Positions 42,201 through 50,675 of a DNA stretch of 64,000 bases are shown piece by piece. Source of the DNA: an uncultured Ignavibacteria bacterium (lineage in GTDB: Bacteria; Bacteroidota; Ignavibacteria; UBA10030; SZUA-254). Location of the stretch: the NCBI GenBank assembly GCA_963724215.1, contig CAVRTZ010000013.1, positions 14,877 through 78,876 on the forward strand. Direction: 5' to 3'. The position numbers were made by a program, and so were the translations under genes. The notes under the pieces are model-generated. The model was not told where the DNA came from. It saw nothing but the letters and a program-made list of their open reading frames with translations, and ran no database searches. How positions within the stretch are numbered: position 1 is the stretch's first letter; every line of letters begins with the position of its first letter.

Positions 42201-42459
42201 GTTGACGGACTTCCAGACGCCGCCGCTCGCGGCGCCGACGTAGACCGTGAGGCGGTTGCCCTCCTGCACGGCGTCGACGGCCGCAGATGCGGCCGCTCAT
42301 CGCGGCCGAGCCGATGTTGCGTGCGCCGAGGCCGGAGATCGTTTCCGCGTCGATCTTCACGGGCGTCGCCGCGGGCTTCGCTTGCGAAACCGCGCCCGTC
42401 GCGCCGAGCGCGGTGAGGGCGACGACGACGAAGGTCCGGGTGATGGTATTGATGTTCAT
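39289..42459 (-). pseudogene. Sortilin/VPS10-type BNR beta-propeller protein (about 1050 aa), at least 10 frameshifts as assembled
   Basis: Signal peptide MNINTITRTFVVVALTALGATGAVSQA at ATG 42459. Typical segments are scattered over all three minus frames: ..GGVWKSVNGGTTFKPVFD.., ..STDGGENWTNMG.., ..YRSDDGGMTWQAL.., ..YDAGNNWVMCMTLPISQFYHVSADMDTPYNVYGGLQDN.., ..IATHGRGIWIIDDITPLR.. (ORFs 42009..42269, 41824.., 40652..42151, 40534..41004, 40248..40703 and 39289..40251). Confidence 0.65.
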
Positions 42460-42536
42460 GGGTTCAATCCTTTTATCGTTCGGGGATGATGATCGTTGGG
42501 ACAGGCCGCGCTCCGGCGCGGCGACTGCCGGTTGGC

Positions 42537-43287
42537 CTATTTGCCCGCCGGCGCGGGCGCGACCGCCGGTTTGCTGAACCGGGCGTCGTCGATGGCGGTG
42601 TTCGCGTCGATCGTCTCGTAGGCGAGTTTCGACCGGAACTGGGCTCCCCTTCGATCCGCTTTCGTAGGAGAAGGGGAAGTACACCCCCTGGACTTCCTTG
42701 TAGTCGCCCAGGATGGCTTCGAATTCACGCTCGGCCCCGCGGACCATCCGCTTGGTTTCGATCTTGATCGGGACGAAGTAGTCGGTGTCCATGATAATAG
42801 TAGGTAGACGTCGCCGTTCGGGACGCTGACCTTCAGCTTGATCGCGTCGGTCCCCTCGACCGGCTCCAGCCCGACGTACTCCACGGTGTTCCCCTTCTCG
42901 CGGTAGTTCACCAGCGGGCCGTCGAAATCCGATTCCTCGAGGATCGATTTCAGCTCGTCTTCGCCGAGCTCTTCGGCGTCCTTCTTGCCGCCCCACGGTT
43001 CGATTTTCCATCCGTTCCTGCCGTCGTACGCGTTCACGCCCGTCAGGCCCTGGATCACGAACTCCTGCCTGACCATGTTGGGGCGCTTGTTCTCCTGGAT
43101 GAACGACGGCCTCGAACCCGCCGCCGCCGATGAACTTGCCCGACCGGCGGAGGCTCGTGACGGCCTTCATCTTCTCCGCGCCGCCCACGGTCGCGATGTA
43201 TTTCGCGATGATCTCGTCGGCGGTCTGCGCCTGCAGGGCGACGGCGAGGAGCGATAACGCGGCAACCTGCCACAGTCTCTTGTGCAT
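42537..43287 (-). pseudogene. LolA-fold outer-membrane lipoprotein-sorting-like protein, at least 3 frameshifts as assembled
   Basis: MHKRLWQVAALSLLAVALQAQTADEIIAKYIATVGGAEKMKAVTSLR.. is in ORF 41824..43287. ..MVRQEFVIQGLTGVNAYDGRNGWKIEPWGG.. is in ORF 42537..43076. ..DTDYFVPIKIETKRMVRGAEREFEAILGDYKEVQGVYFPFSYE.. is again in the first frame. Confidence 0.5.
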
Positions 43288-43405
43288 GATGGTCTCCTAG
43301 GTTTCGTTACTGTTGGAATGGGTCCCCGCAGGGGGGAATAAATGTGCGACGATCCCGGATGAAAACCAAACGGGCGCGACGGCGTCGCCATCCTCCGCTT
43401 ATACG

Positions 43406-43440
43406 GAAAAAGCCCCGGGAAGATTCGATCTTCCGGGGCT
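43406..43440 (-). terminator. Rho-independent terminator downstream of the helicase gene
   Basis: The minus strand reads AGCCCCGGAAGAT-cga-ATCTTCCCGGGGCT followed by TTTTT. Confidence 0.7.
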
Positions 43441-43511
43441 TCCGATGATGTATTTCCCGCCTCGAGAGCCCCGGGATGGGGATATCGGCGCGCCGAGAGG
43501 CTTTGAGCGGC

Positions 43512-44705
43512 CTACCTCTGGAAACGCCGGCGTCGCTGCTGACCGCCGTGCCGCGGCGCCGAACGCTCGCCCCTGGGGGATTCCGCGATGACCGGGAGGT
43601 CGGCCGGGTTGACGCTCTTGAGGGCGATCTGCCCGTTATAGTTGAACAGGATCTGTTTGAAGAATTTCTTGTCCTCGTCGGTCGCCACCAGCGAAATCGC
43701 CTCGCCCCGCTTGCCGGCCCTGGCGGTCCTTCCGACCCTGTGCGTGAACGAGTCGACGTCCTTGGGGATTTCGTAATTGTAGACGTGGGTGATGTCGTCG
43801 ATGTGCAGGCCCCTGGCCGCCACGTCCGTGGCGACGAGGACCGTGAACTTCTTGCTCTTGAAATCCTCGGTGGCGCGTTCCCTCTGGTTCTGGGACATGT
43901 CCCCCTGGAGCGGCCGGGCGTGGACGCCCTGGCCGGCGAGCTTGCTGGCGATTTTCCTGGCGATGTGTTTCCGGTTGCAGAACACGATGGCGAGGTCGCG
44001 GTCCTCCTTCAGCAGGTGAACGAGGAGCGGCAGCTTGTTCTCGGGGTGGGTCTGGTAGTAGGTCTGCCGGAGGAACTCGGGTTTGAGCTCCGAGGCGAGC
44101 CTGATGTCGACGGGTTGCTGGAGATAGCGGCGCCCGATTTTCTCGATCTCGCGCGATATGGTCGCGCTGAAGAGCATCGTCTGTCGTTCCTTCGGGACCT
44201 GGCGTATGACCCTCTCGATGTCGGGGAGGAAGCCCATGTCGAGCATCCGGTCCGCTTCGTCGAGGACGAGAAACCGTACGGTGGAAAGCCGCAGCGCGCC
44301 CTGCTGGAGCAGGTCGAGCAGCCGCCCCGGCGTGGCGACGACGATCTGTGTCCTCTGGAGTTTCTTGACCTGCGGGCCGCTCGCCACGCCGCCGTACACC
44401 GGCGTCACGACGAGGCGCTTGCCCTGCGAGAAAATCTCGAATTCGTGCGCGATCTGGACCGCGAGTTCGCGGGTCGGCGCCAGGACGAGCGCGCTGATCG
44501 GGTCGGACGACCCGATCCTTTCGATCAGCGGAAGGGCGAAACCGAGGGTTTTCCCAGAGCCGGTCTCGGCCTGCGCGATGACGTCTTTGCCTGAAAACAG
44601 GTGCGGGAGACAGAGCTCCTGGATCGGTGTGGGGGTGACGATGCCGTGTTTGGAGAGGATACTGAGCGTGGCCTTGCCAACGCCGAGAGTTTCGAATGTA
44701 TGCAT
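43512..44705 (-). CDS. DEAD-box ATP-dependent RNA helicase
   Basis: Q-motif ..TPTPIQ.., Walker A AETGSGKT, VLDEADRMLDMGF, SAT, and an R-rich C-terminal tail. Confidence 0.9.
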   Translation of the reverse strand: MHTFETLGVGKATLSILSKHGIVTPTPIQELCLPHLFSGKDVIAQAETGSGKTLGFALPLIERIGSSDPISALVLAPTRELAVQIAHEFEIFSQGKRLVVTPVYGGVASGPQVKKLQRTQIVVATPGRLLDLLQQGALRLSTVRFLVLDEADRMLDMGFLPDIERVIRQVPKERQTMLFSATISREIEKIGRRYLQQPVDIRLASELKPEFLRQTYYQTHPENKLPLLVHLLKEDRDLAIVFCNRKHIARKIASKLAGQGVHARPLQGDMSQNQRERATEDFKSKKFTVLVATDVAARGLHIDDITHVYNYEIPKDVDSFTHRVGRTARAGKRGEAISLVATDEDKKFFKQILFNYNGQIALKSVNPADLPVIAESPRGERSAPRHGGQQRRRRFQR

Positions 44706-45103
44706 GTATGTATTGAGTGTGATTGGATTCCGTTAGCTGTGCTACCGGACTGGATCTGCTGCGGGGGGGCGAAACGATCGGATTCGATAGACGATACAAG
44801 GTAGTGAAAATCGGGGTGATTACCTAATTGACGATGTAGCATGCAATCCACATCGCGGCCGCCTTCCGTGTGTCGCGCGGTGGACAGGAGACGGGCCGAT
44901 TCCGCACGATCCGCGGTCCCGATTCCGAAAGTCCCCACCACACCACAGTCGCACTTTCTCGCTCGCGCCGCGCGCGGAGAAAATTATTTTTTTACCCGCG
45001 CGATCCTTGACTCTCACGCGGGCGCGTCATACCTTTCCGTATCACTGCGCGCGATCTCGCTCCGCCGCCGGCTTCATCCGTTATCCCGAAAGGCGTCGTC
45101 ATC

Positions 45104-47179
45104 ATGAAGTATCCGTTCCTGCTCCTCGTCGTGCTGTTGTCCGTCCCCGCGACGCTCCCGGGAGCGCAGCATGTCGTCACGAATGCCGGGTTCACGTTCA
45201 CGCCGTCGACCCTCACGATTTCCACCGGGGACACCGTCGTCTTCTCACTCCCGGTGTTGCACAACGCGGCCCAGGTCGCCGAGTCCACCTGGAACGTCAA
45301 CGGCGACCTCCTCCTGCCCGGGGGGTTCCTCGTGCCGTTCGGGGGCGGTTCGGTGGTCCTGACTGACACCGGGACCCATTTCTACATTTGCGAGGCCCAT
45401 ATCGCCGGGGGGATGAAGGGAAAAATCATCGTCAACACCCCGCCGCCGCCCACCACGACCATTACCGTGAACTCCCTCGCCGACCAGGACGGACTCCACG
45501 GCACCGCGTCGGACAGGATCGCGAAGAATTGGGGGTTGAAGTTGTTCCAGGATTCCGTCGGGTCCGGGATCGTCCTGGATTCCGTCGTCTCGGGAACGAC
45601 GCTGACGGTCGCGGGGCTCACCGCGGGCACCTACGCGGCCGCCGAAGCCGACAGCGTTTCGTGGTCGCATATTTCACTGGTCGCCGACGGGGTTCCGCAG
45701 GGCGCCACGACCCAGAACGCCTGGACCTTCACCGTCGGGGCGGGGGAGAGCCACAGCGTGACGTTCCTCAATACCGCGCCGAACATGGTCATCAACAGCG
45801 GGCTGGCCTTCCTTCCCGACACGCTCACGGTGGACAGCGGGGACACCGTCTTCTTCGTGCTCACCCCCGGACACCCGGTCCGCGAGGTCTCGAAATCGAC
45901 ATGGCTCGCGAACGGCACGACGTCGAACGGCGGATTCGACCTCCCGGCGGGGGGCGGATGGTACGTGGCCGCGGCGGGCGGCATCGATTACTATGTCTGC
46001 GTCGCGCACGCCGGCAGCGGGAGCGAGGGATTGGTCATGGTCAACCCCATGCCGCCCTCGACGATCACGCTGAATTCATACGCGGACCAGGACGGGGACC
46101 ACGTGACAACGACCGACCGGGTCGACAAGGACTGGTCGTTGAAACTCTACCAGGATTCCGTGGGGTCGGGGATCGTGGTGGACAGCGTGGCCTCGTCCCC
46201 GTCGCTCGTCGTCGCGGGCCTCGTGCCGGGGGTCTACGTGGCGGTGGAGGCCGACAGCGCGCCCTGGTCGCACATCTCGCTCACGGCGGACGGCGCGTCC
46301 CAGGGGGCCACGTCGCAGAACGCATGGTCGTTCTCCGTCGGCTCGGGGGAGTCCAGGACCGTCGATTTCATCAACCATGTTCCGAACATGGTCATCAACA
46401 GCGGCTTCACGTTCTCCCCCGACACGCTCACGGTGGACAGCGGGGAGACGGTCTGGTTCGTGCTCGAATCCCCGCATACCGCGCGACAGGTGGACTCTGC
46501 GACCTGGGCCTCGAACGATACCGCGTCGAACGGAGGGTTCGATCTTCCCGAGCGCGGCGGTCCCGTGCTGATGGACGCCGGCGGGGTGGTTTATTACGTC
46601 TGCGTGCCGCACGCGTCGGGCGGCATGAAGGGCGTCGTCCGCGTGGTGGTGGAGCCGTACGAGGGGGCCCTCGCCGATTCGGTGCGGGACGGCTGGAACC
46701 TGCTCTCGTTTCCCTTCCTCGCGGAGGACACGGCCGTCTCCGCGCTCTATCCGGCGGCGGTCACACCCGCTTACGTCTACGAAACCGGATACCAGACCCG
46801 TTCGTCGATCGGCAACGGCCGGGGATTCTGGATGAAGTTCAACGGACCGCAGGTCCTGAACCTTTCCGGGCCCCTCGTCGGGTCCGATACGACCCCTGTC
46901 GCGCAGGGATGGAACATCGTCGGGTCGGTGAGCGCCCCGGTGCCCGTCTCCTCCGTCCAGAGCGTGCCGCCCGGGCTCGTGACGTCCGCTTTCTTCGGGT
47001 ACGACGCGGGCTACGTTTCCGCCGACACGATCAAACCGGGCCGGGGTTACTGGGTGAAGGTGTCCGCGCCCGGCTCGCTCGTTATCTCCGCCGCCCCGGC
47101 GGCCGCGCCATCGGCCGGCAGGATCCGCATCCTTCCGGCGGGGGAGGTCCCGCCCCCGGGCCGGGAACGGGAACGATGA
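45104..47179 (+). CDS. Secreted triple-cupredoxin (type-1 blue copper-like) protein with Ig-like spacers and C-terminal GWN/GYWxK module
   Basis: Signal peptide MKYPFLLLVVLLSVPATLPGA. Three domains carry H..(about 45 aa)..C-x2-H-x4-[M/S]: LHNAAQV..YICEAHIAGGMKG, GHPVREV..YYVCVAHAGSGSEG (Met replaced by Ser) and PHTARQV..YYVCVPHASGGMKG. No Por-tail at the end. Confidence 0.75.
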   Translation: MKYPFLLLVVLLSVPATLPGAQHVVTNAGFTFTPSTLTISTGDTVVFSLPVLHNAAQVAESTWNVNGDLLLPGGFLVPFGGGSVVLTDTGTHFYICEAHIAGGMKGKIIVNTPPPPTTTITVNSLADQDGLHGTASDRIAKNWGLKLFQDSVGSGIVLDSVVSGTTLTVAGLTAGTYAAAEADSVSWSHISLVADGVPQGATTQNAWTFTVGAGESHSVTFLNTAPNMVINSGLAFLPDTLTVDSGDTVFFVLTPGHPVREVSKSTWLANGTTSNGGFDLPAGGGWYVAAAGGIDYYVCVAHAGSGSEGLVMVNPMPPSTITLNSYADQDGDHVTTTDRVDKDWSLKLYQDSVGSGIVVDSVASSPSLVVAGLVPGVYVAVEADSAPWSHISLTADGASQGATSQNAWSFSVGSGESRTVDFINHVPNMVINSGFTFSPDTLTVDSGETVWFVLESPHTARQVDSATWASNDTASNGGFDLPERGGPVLMDAGGVVYYVCVPHASGGMKGVVRVVVEPYEGALADSVRDGWNLLSFPFLAEDTAVSALYPAAVTPAYVYETGYQTRSSIGNGRGFWMKFNGPQVLNLSGPLVGSDTTPVAQGWNIVGSVSAPVPVSSVQSVPPGLVTSAFFGYDAGYVSADTIKPGRGYWVKVSAPGSLVISAAPAAAPSAGRIRILPAGEVPPPGRERER

Positions 47180-47219
47180 TTTTTCTGAAACCACACAATC
47201 CGGTTGGAAGGAAATTCCG

Positions 47220-48710
47220 ATGAAACGGTCGTTTATCCTGGCCTCGATCCTCGCGATCGCGGCCTCCCACGCCACGGCGACGAAACACACCGTCACCTTT
47301 TCCGGCCTCACGTTTTCGCCGTCAACGCTCACGATCACCGAGGGCGACACGGTCGTCTTCGTTCTCTCCGGACTTCATAACGCGCAGGAAGTCAGCCAGT
47401 CAACCTGGAACGCCAACGGGACCACGCCCCTCGGGGGAGGGTTTTCGGTCCCGTTCGGCGGGGGAGAGGCCGTCCCCGCGGGGACGGGGACACACTACTT
47501 TGTCTGCCAGAATCACGTCATCTCCGGCATGAAGGGGAGAATCATCGTCGAAGCCGTCGTCGTCCCCCCCTCCAGCGTCACGATCAATTCGATCGTCGAC
47601 CGGGACGGGAGCATCGGCACGACCGCCGACAGGATCGGGAAGAACTGGTCGTTGAAGCTCTACCGGGACTCGGTCGGTTCGGGCATCGTGGTGGATTCCG
47701 TCTCCTCGGGAAAGACCCTCCTCGCCGATTCTCTGCCGGCGGGCACGTACGTGGCGGTCGAGGCCGACAGCGCGCACTGGACCCACATCTCGCAGACGGT
47801 CGACGGTTCCCCGCTCGGCCTGACCTCGCTCAATTTCCTTCAGATCGCCATCGGGACGGGGGAGGACCATACGGTCGATTTCCTGAACTACGCGAAAAAC
47901 GTGATCATCCACGAAGGGTTCACGTTCATCCCGGAAACGCTCGTCGTTGACAGCTCCGACACGGTCAGGTTCGTGCTCGAACCGACGCACAACGCCAGGG
48001 AGGTGGATTCGCTGACCTGGGCGGGGGACGACACGGTGTCGAACGGCGGGTTCGAAATTCCGTACGGCGGCGGGGAAGCCGTCCTTTCGCAGGTCGGGAC
48101 GGTTCGTTACGTCTGCGTTCCTCACGCGGTGGCGGGGATGAAGGGGGTCATCGTGGTGAAACCGGCGGGGACCCTTTCCCTGACCGTGACGGACGGATGG
48201 AACCTGCTCTCGATGCCCTTCCTTCCGGTCGACGGCAGCGTCGCCGTGCTCTATCCCACGGCGACCTCGCCCGCGTACTCCTACGAGGGGGGTTACCAGA
48301 CCGAGACGGTGGTCGGCCCGGGATCCGGATACTGGCTGAAGTTCGGGAGTGCGCAGTCGCTCGACCTGGACGGCGGTCTGCTGGCGGTCGATTCCGTTGA
48401 GGTGTCGCAGGGGTGGAACATCATCGGCACGATCAGCGCTCCGGTCGCGGTCGCGTCCATCGTGAGCGAGCCTGGCGGCCTGGTCACGTCGTCGTTCTTC
48501 GGCTACGACCTCGGGTATATCACCGCCGATACCCTGCACCCCGGGTACGGTTACTGGGTGAAGGTCGGCGCGCCGGGCGTGCTGATACTCCAGGATTCAC
48601 CGTCGATGGCCCCGGAATCGGGCCGGATCAGGATCGTGCCGGCCGTCGAGGTCCCGGCCGCGGCGGCTCCACCGGAGGTCGCGCCCCCGGGGGAAGCCCC
48701 GCGCCGGTGA
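47220..48710 (+). CDS. Secreted double-cupredoxin protein, paralog of the preceding gene, with C-terminal GWN/GYWxK module
   Basis: Signal peptide MKRSFILASILAIAAS. LHNAQEV..YFVCQNHVISGMKG and THNAREV..RYVCVPHAVAGMKG. The spacer and C-terminal module are colinear with 45104..47179. Confidence 0.75.
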   Translation: MKRSFILASILAIAASHATATKHTVTFSGLTFSPSTLTITEGDTVVFVLSGLHNAQEVSQSTWNANGTTPLGGGFSVPFGGGEAVPAGTGTHYFVCQNHVISGMKGRIIVEAVVVPPSSVTINSIVDRDGSIGTTADRIGKNWSLKLYRDSVGSGIVVDSVSSGKTLLADSLPAGTYVAVEADSAHWTHISQTVDGSPLGLTSLNFLQIAIGTGEDHTVDFLNYAKNVIIHEGFTFIPETLVVDSSDTVRFVLEPTHNAREVDSLTWAGDDTVSNGGFEIPYGGGEAVLSQVGTVRYVCVPHAVAGMKGVIVVKPAGTLSLTVTDGWNLLSMPFLPVDGSVAVLYPTATSPAYSYEGGYQTETVVGPGSGYWLKFGSAQSLDLDGGLLAVDSVEVSQGWNIIGTISAPVAVASIVSEPGGLVTSSFFGYDLGYITADTLHPGYGYWVKVGAPGVLILQDSPSMAPESGRIRIVPAVEVPAAAAPPEVAPPGEAPRR

Positions 48711-48713
48711 TCA

Positions 48714-49589
48714 TCACCGGATTTTGAATTTCTTCATCCTGTACCGGAGGTTCGCCTCCGACAGGTTCAGGATCTCCGCGGCGTGCGACTGGTTACCGCT
48801 CACACCGGCCAGCGTCCGTTCGATGAGCGTCCTTTCCAGGTTGGAGAGCGCCTTGTCGAACGAGAAACGCTTCTTCTCCCCGATGCTCGAAAGGATCCCC
48901 CTCAGTTGCGCGGCCTCGTCGACGAGTTCCGCCGGCAGTTCGAGCGCCGCGCCCTCCGATTCCAGGACCGCCTTCTCCACGACGGATTTCAACTCCTGAA
49001 CGTTCCCCTTCCACGTCCGCCTCCTGAGAAAGTCGAGGATGCCGTTCTCCATGGTCTTCGGGCCGTGGCCGGTCACCGACGCCGCGTTGCGCATGAACGA
49101 TTGGGCGAGCAGCGGTATGTCGTTCACCCGTTTGCTCAGGGGGGGAATGGCGACGCGGATAAACTTTCCGAGCATCGTCGCGAGCTCCCCGAGCATGGAA
49201 TTCGAGGCGGCGAGTTCGCCGGGTGCGTCGGCCACCGTCACGATCACCCTGGGGCCCCGCTTCGACGCCTGTGCCCGGATGAAGGATGCGATCATCGACT
49301 GATGGAGGAACGAATATTCGCCGACGTCCTGGATCAGGAGGGTGGAGCAGCCCCCGCCCTTGCCGAGCGCGGCGCCGAGCGTGGCGTCATCGGCGCCGTG
49401 GGGGCCGATTTCGAGCATGTCGCCCCGGGCGGAGGAAAGCCCGTGGAGCATCCGGGCGACGGTGCATTTCCCGCTGCCGGGTTCGCCCTCGATCAGGATG
49501 TTGTCCTTCCGCGCGGCGTATTTCGGAAGGTCCTTGCGCAGCCTGATGATGGCGTCGCTTTCGCCGATGAGCAACTCTTCGGATTTCAT
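48714..49589 (-). CDS. Sigma54-activator-like AAA+ regulator without receiver domain, with degenerate functional motifs and a Fis-type HTH
   Basis: Walker A GEPGSGKC. Walker B LLIQDVGE (DV instead of DE). No GAFTGA-like loop between them. ..IPPLSKRVNDIPLLAQSF.. fits the EBP core. The C-terminal HTH is GNQSHAAEILNLSEANLRYRMKKFKI. Confidence 0.65.
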   Translation of the reverse strand: MKSEELLIGESDAIIRLRKDLPKYAARKDNILIEGEPGSGKCTVARMLHGLSSARGDMLEIGPHGADDATLGAALGKGGGCSTLLIQDVGEYSFLHQSMIASFIRAQASKRGPRVIVTVADAPGELAASNSMLGELATMLGKFIRVAIPPLSKRVNDIPLLAQSFMRNAASVTGHGPKTMENGILDFLRRRTWKGNVQELKSVVEKAVLESEGAALELPAELVDEAAQLRGILSSIGEKKRFSFDKALSNLERTLIERTLAGVSGNQSHAAEILNLSEANLRYRMKKFKIR

Positions 49590-49735
49590 GGCTGTCCTCG
49601 CGTCGTTGTTGATCGTGGGATAGAGGAGCTATGGTCGCTTCGGTAGGAACGAGGGGGGCGCCGATCGGCGCCCGTACGGGGAGGGAGTCCCCGGCGATCC
49701 CCGCGGGACCGCAAGAACAGTCTCCGGGAGATCGC

Positions 49736-50455
49736 CTAACGCGCGATCGAGTCCCGGAGCATCATCGTGATCTGAGGTTTATAGGTGAGAACGATCGATT
49801 CTGATACTTTCCTGGTCATCCCGGTCAGGTGGTGCCCCAGGATGAGGTTGACCGCGAGATGGAGCAGCGCGGACGACCAGCAGACCGTGAAGAGCGTCCG
49901 GACCGAGGGGTCGTCGCCGGTGAGCATCGCGGCGAAACATCCGGCGGTCAGGATCGAGAAGGTGAACGTGCCGTAGTTCATCACCCAGTACCAGATCCAG
50001 TAGCGGAAGATGCCGCTCTCCATCAACGAGTCGAAGAGCCTGAAATTCTCCGCCAGCCGGGAGAAGACCGAATGGATCATGGAGTACCGTTCGTCGGACC
50101 GGAGGTCCCTGGCATGGGATTGATCGTCCGACTCGAGGACCCGGACCATGGCCTGAAAAATGATTTCGTTCGACTTTTCGAGAAACCCGAAGAACCGCCG
50201 GTCGAGCCAGATGTGCAGTTCTCCCAGCCAGTGGATTTTACTCACGACGTAATAGATGCCGCCGAACGCGAACAGGAACACGAGAACGGTATAGAACGCG
50301 AAATTGTCCACCCGCCTGAGGGCGTGCAGTGTCGGGCCGATCCCGGCGATGAGCCATCCCGTTCCTGACGTCAACAGAAGCAGGTAGAAGGCGAGAGCGA
50401 CCTTGATCGTCCGCTCGAGACTCGCGAAATAAACGTAGTGACCTTTATCGATCAT
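49736..50455 (-). CDS. Hypothetical 4-TM membrane protein (2 TM, about 70-aa soluble loop, 2 TM)
   Basis: Hydrophobic segments are IKVALAFYLLLLTSGTGWLIAGIG, FAFYTVLVFLFAFGGIYYVV, IFRYWIWYWVMNYGTFTFSILTAGCFAAML and LFTVCWSSALLHLAVNLILG. No family recognised. Confidence 0.6.
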   Translation of the reverse strand: MIDKGHYVYFASLERTIKVALAFYLLLLTSGTGWLIAGIGPTLHALRRVDNFAFYTVLVFLFAFGGIYYVVSKIHWLGELHIWLDRRFFGFLEKSNEIIFQAMVRVLESDDQSHARDLRSDERYSMIHSVFSRLAENFRLFDSLMESGIFRYWIWYWVMNYGTFTFSILTAGCFAAMLTGDDPSVRTLFTVCWSSALLHLAVNLILGHHLTGMTRKVSESIVLTYKPQITMMLRDSIAR

Positions 50456-50675
50456 CCCGCCGGTTCATAGACGAGGGAAAGTAACGAATTTCGGCAAAGG
50501 GAGCAACCCTTATATGCGGGGACCCCCTGAAAATGCTCAAAACGGGTTGATTGCCGGGGATCACTTTGTGATGGATGGCACATTCCCCCACGCCGGAAGG
50601 GGGTAAATTGTTGGAGTTTCTCATCGTCGCGGGTCTTGATGCGACGCGTTCTGCACTCTCCCGAAAGGAATCTCG

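Noticed and set aside
44745-44765. Sigma54-like CTGGATCTGCTGCGG upstream of the cupredoxin operon
   Set aside because: The GG-N10-GC spacing is not met and the site is about 350 nt from the start codon.
50590-50610. TGGCAC hexamer upstream of the P-loop NTPase gene as a sigma54 promoter
   Set aside because: The -12 position reads CCCA instead of TTGC.
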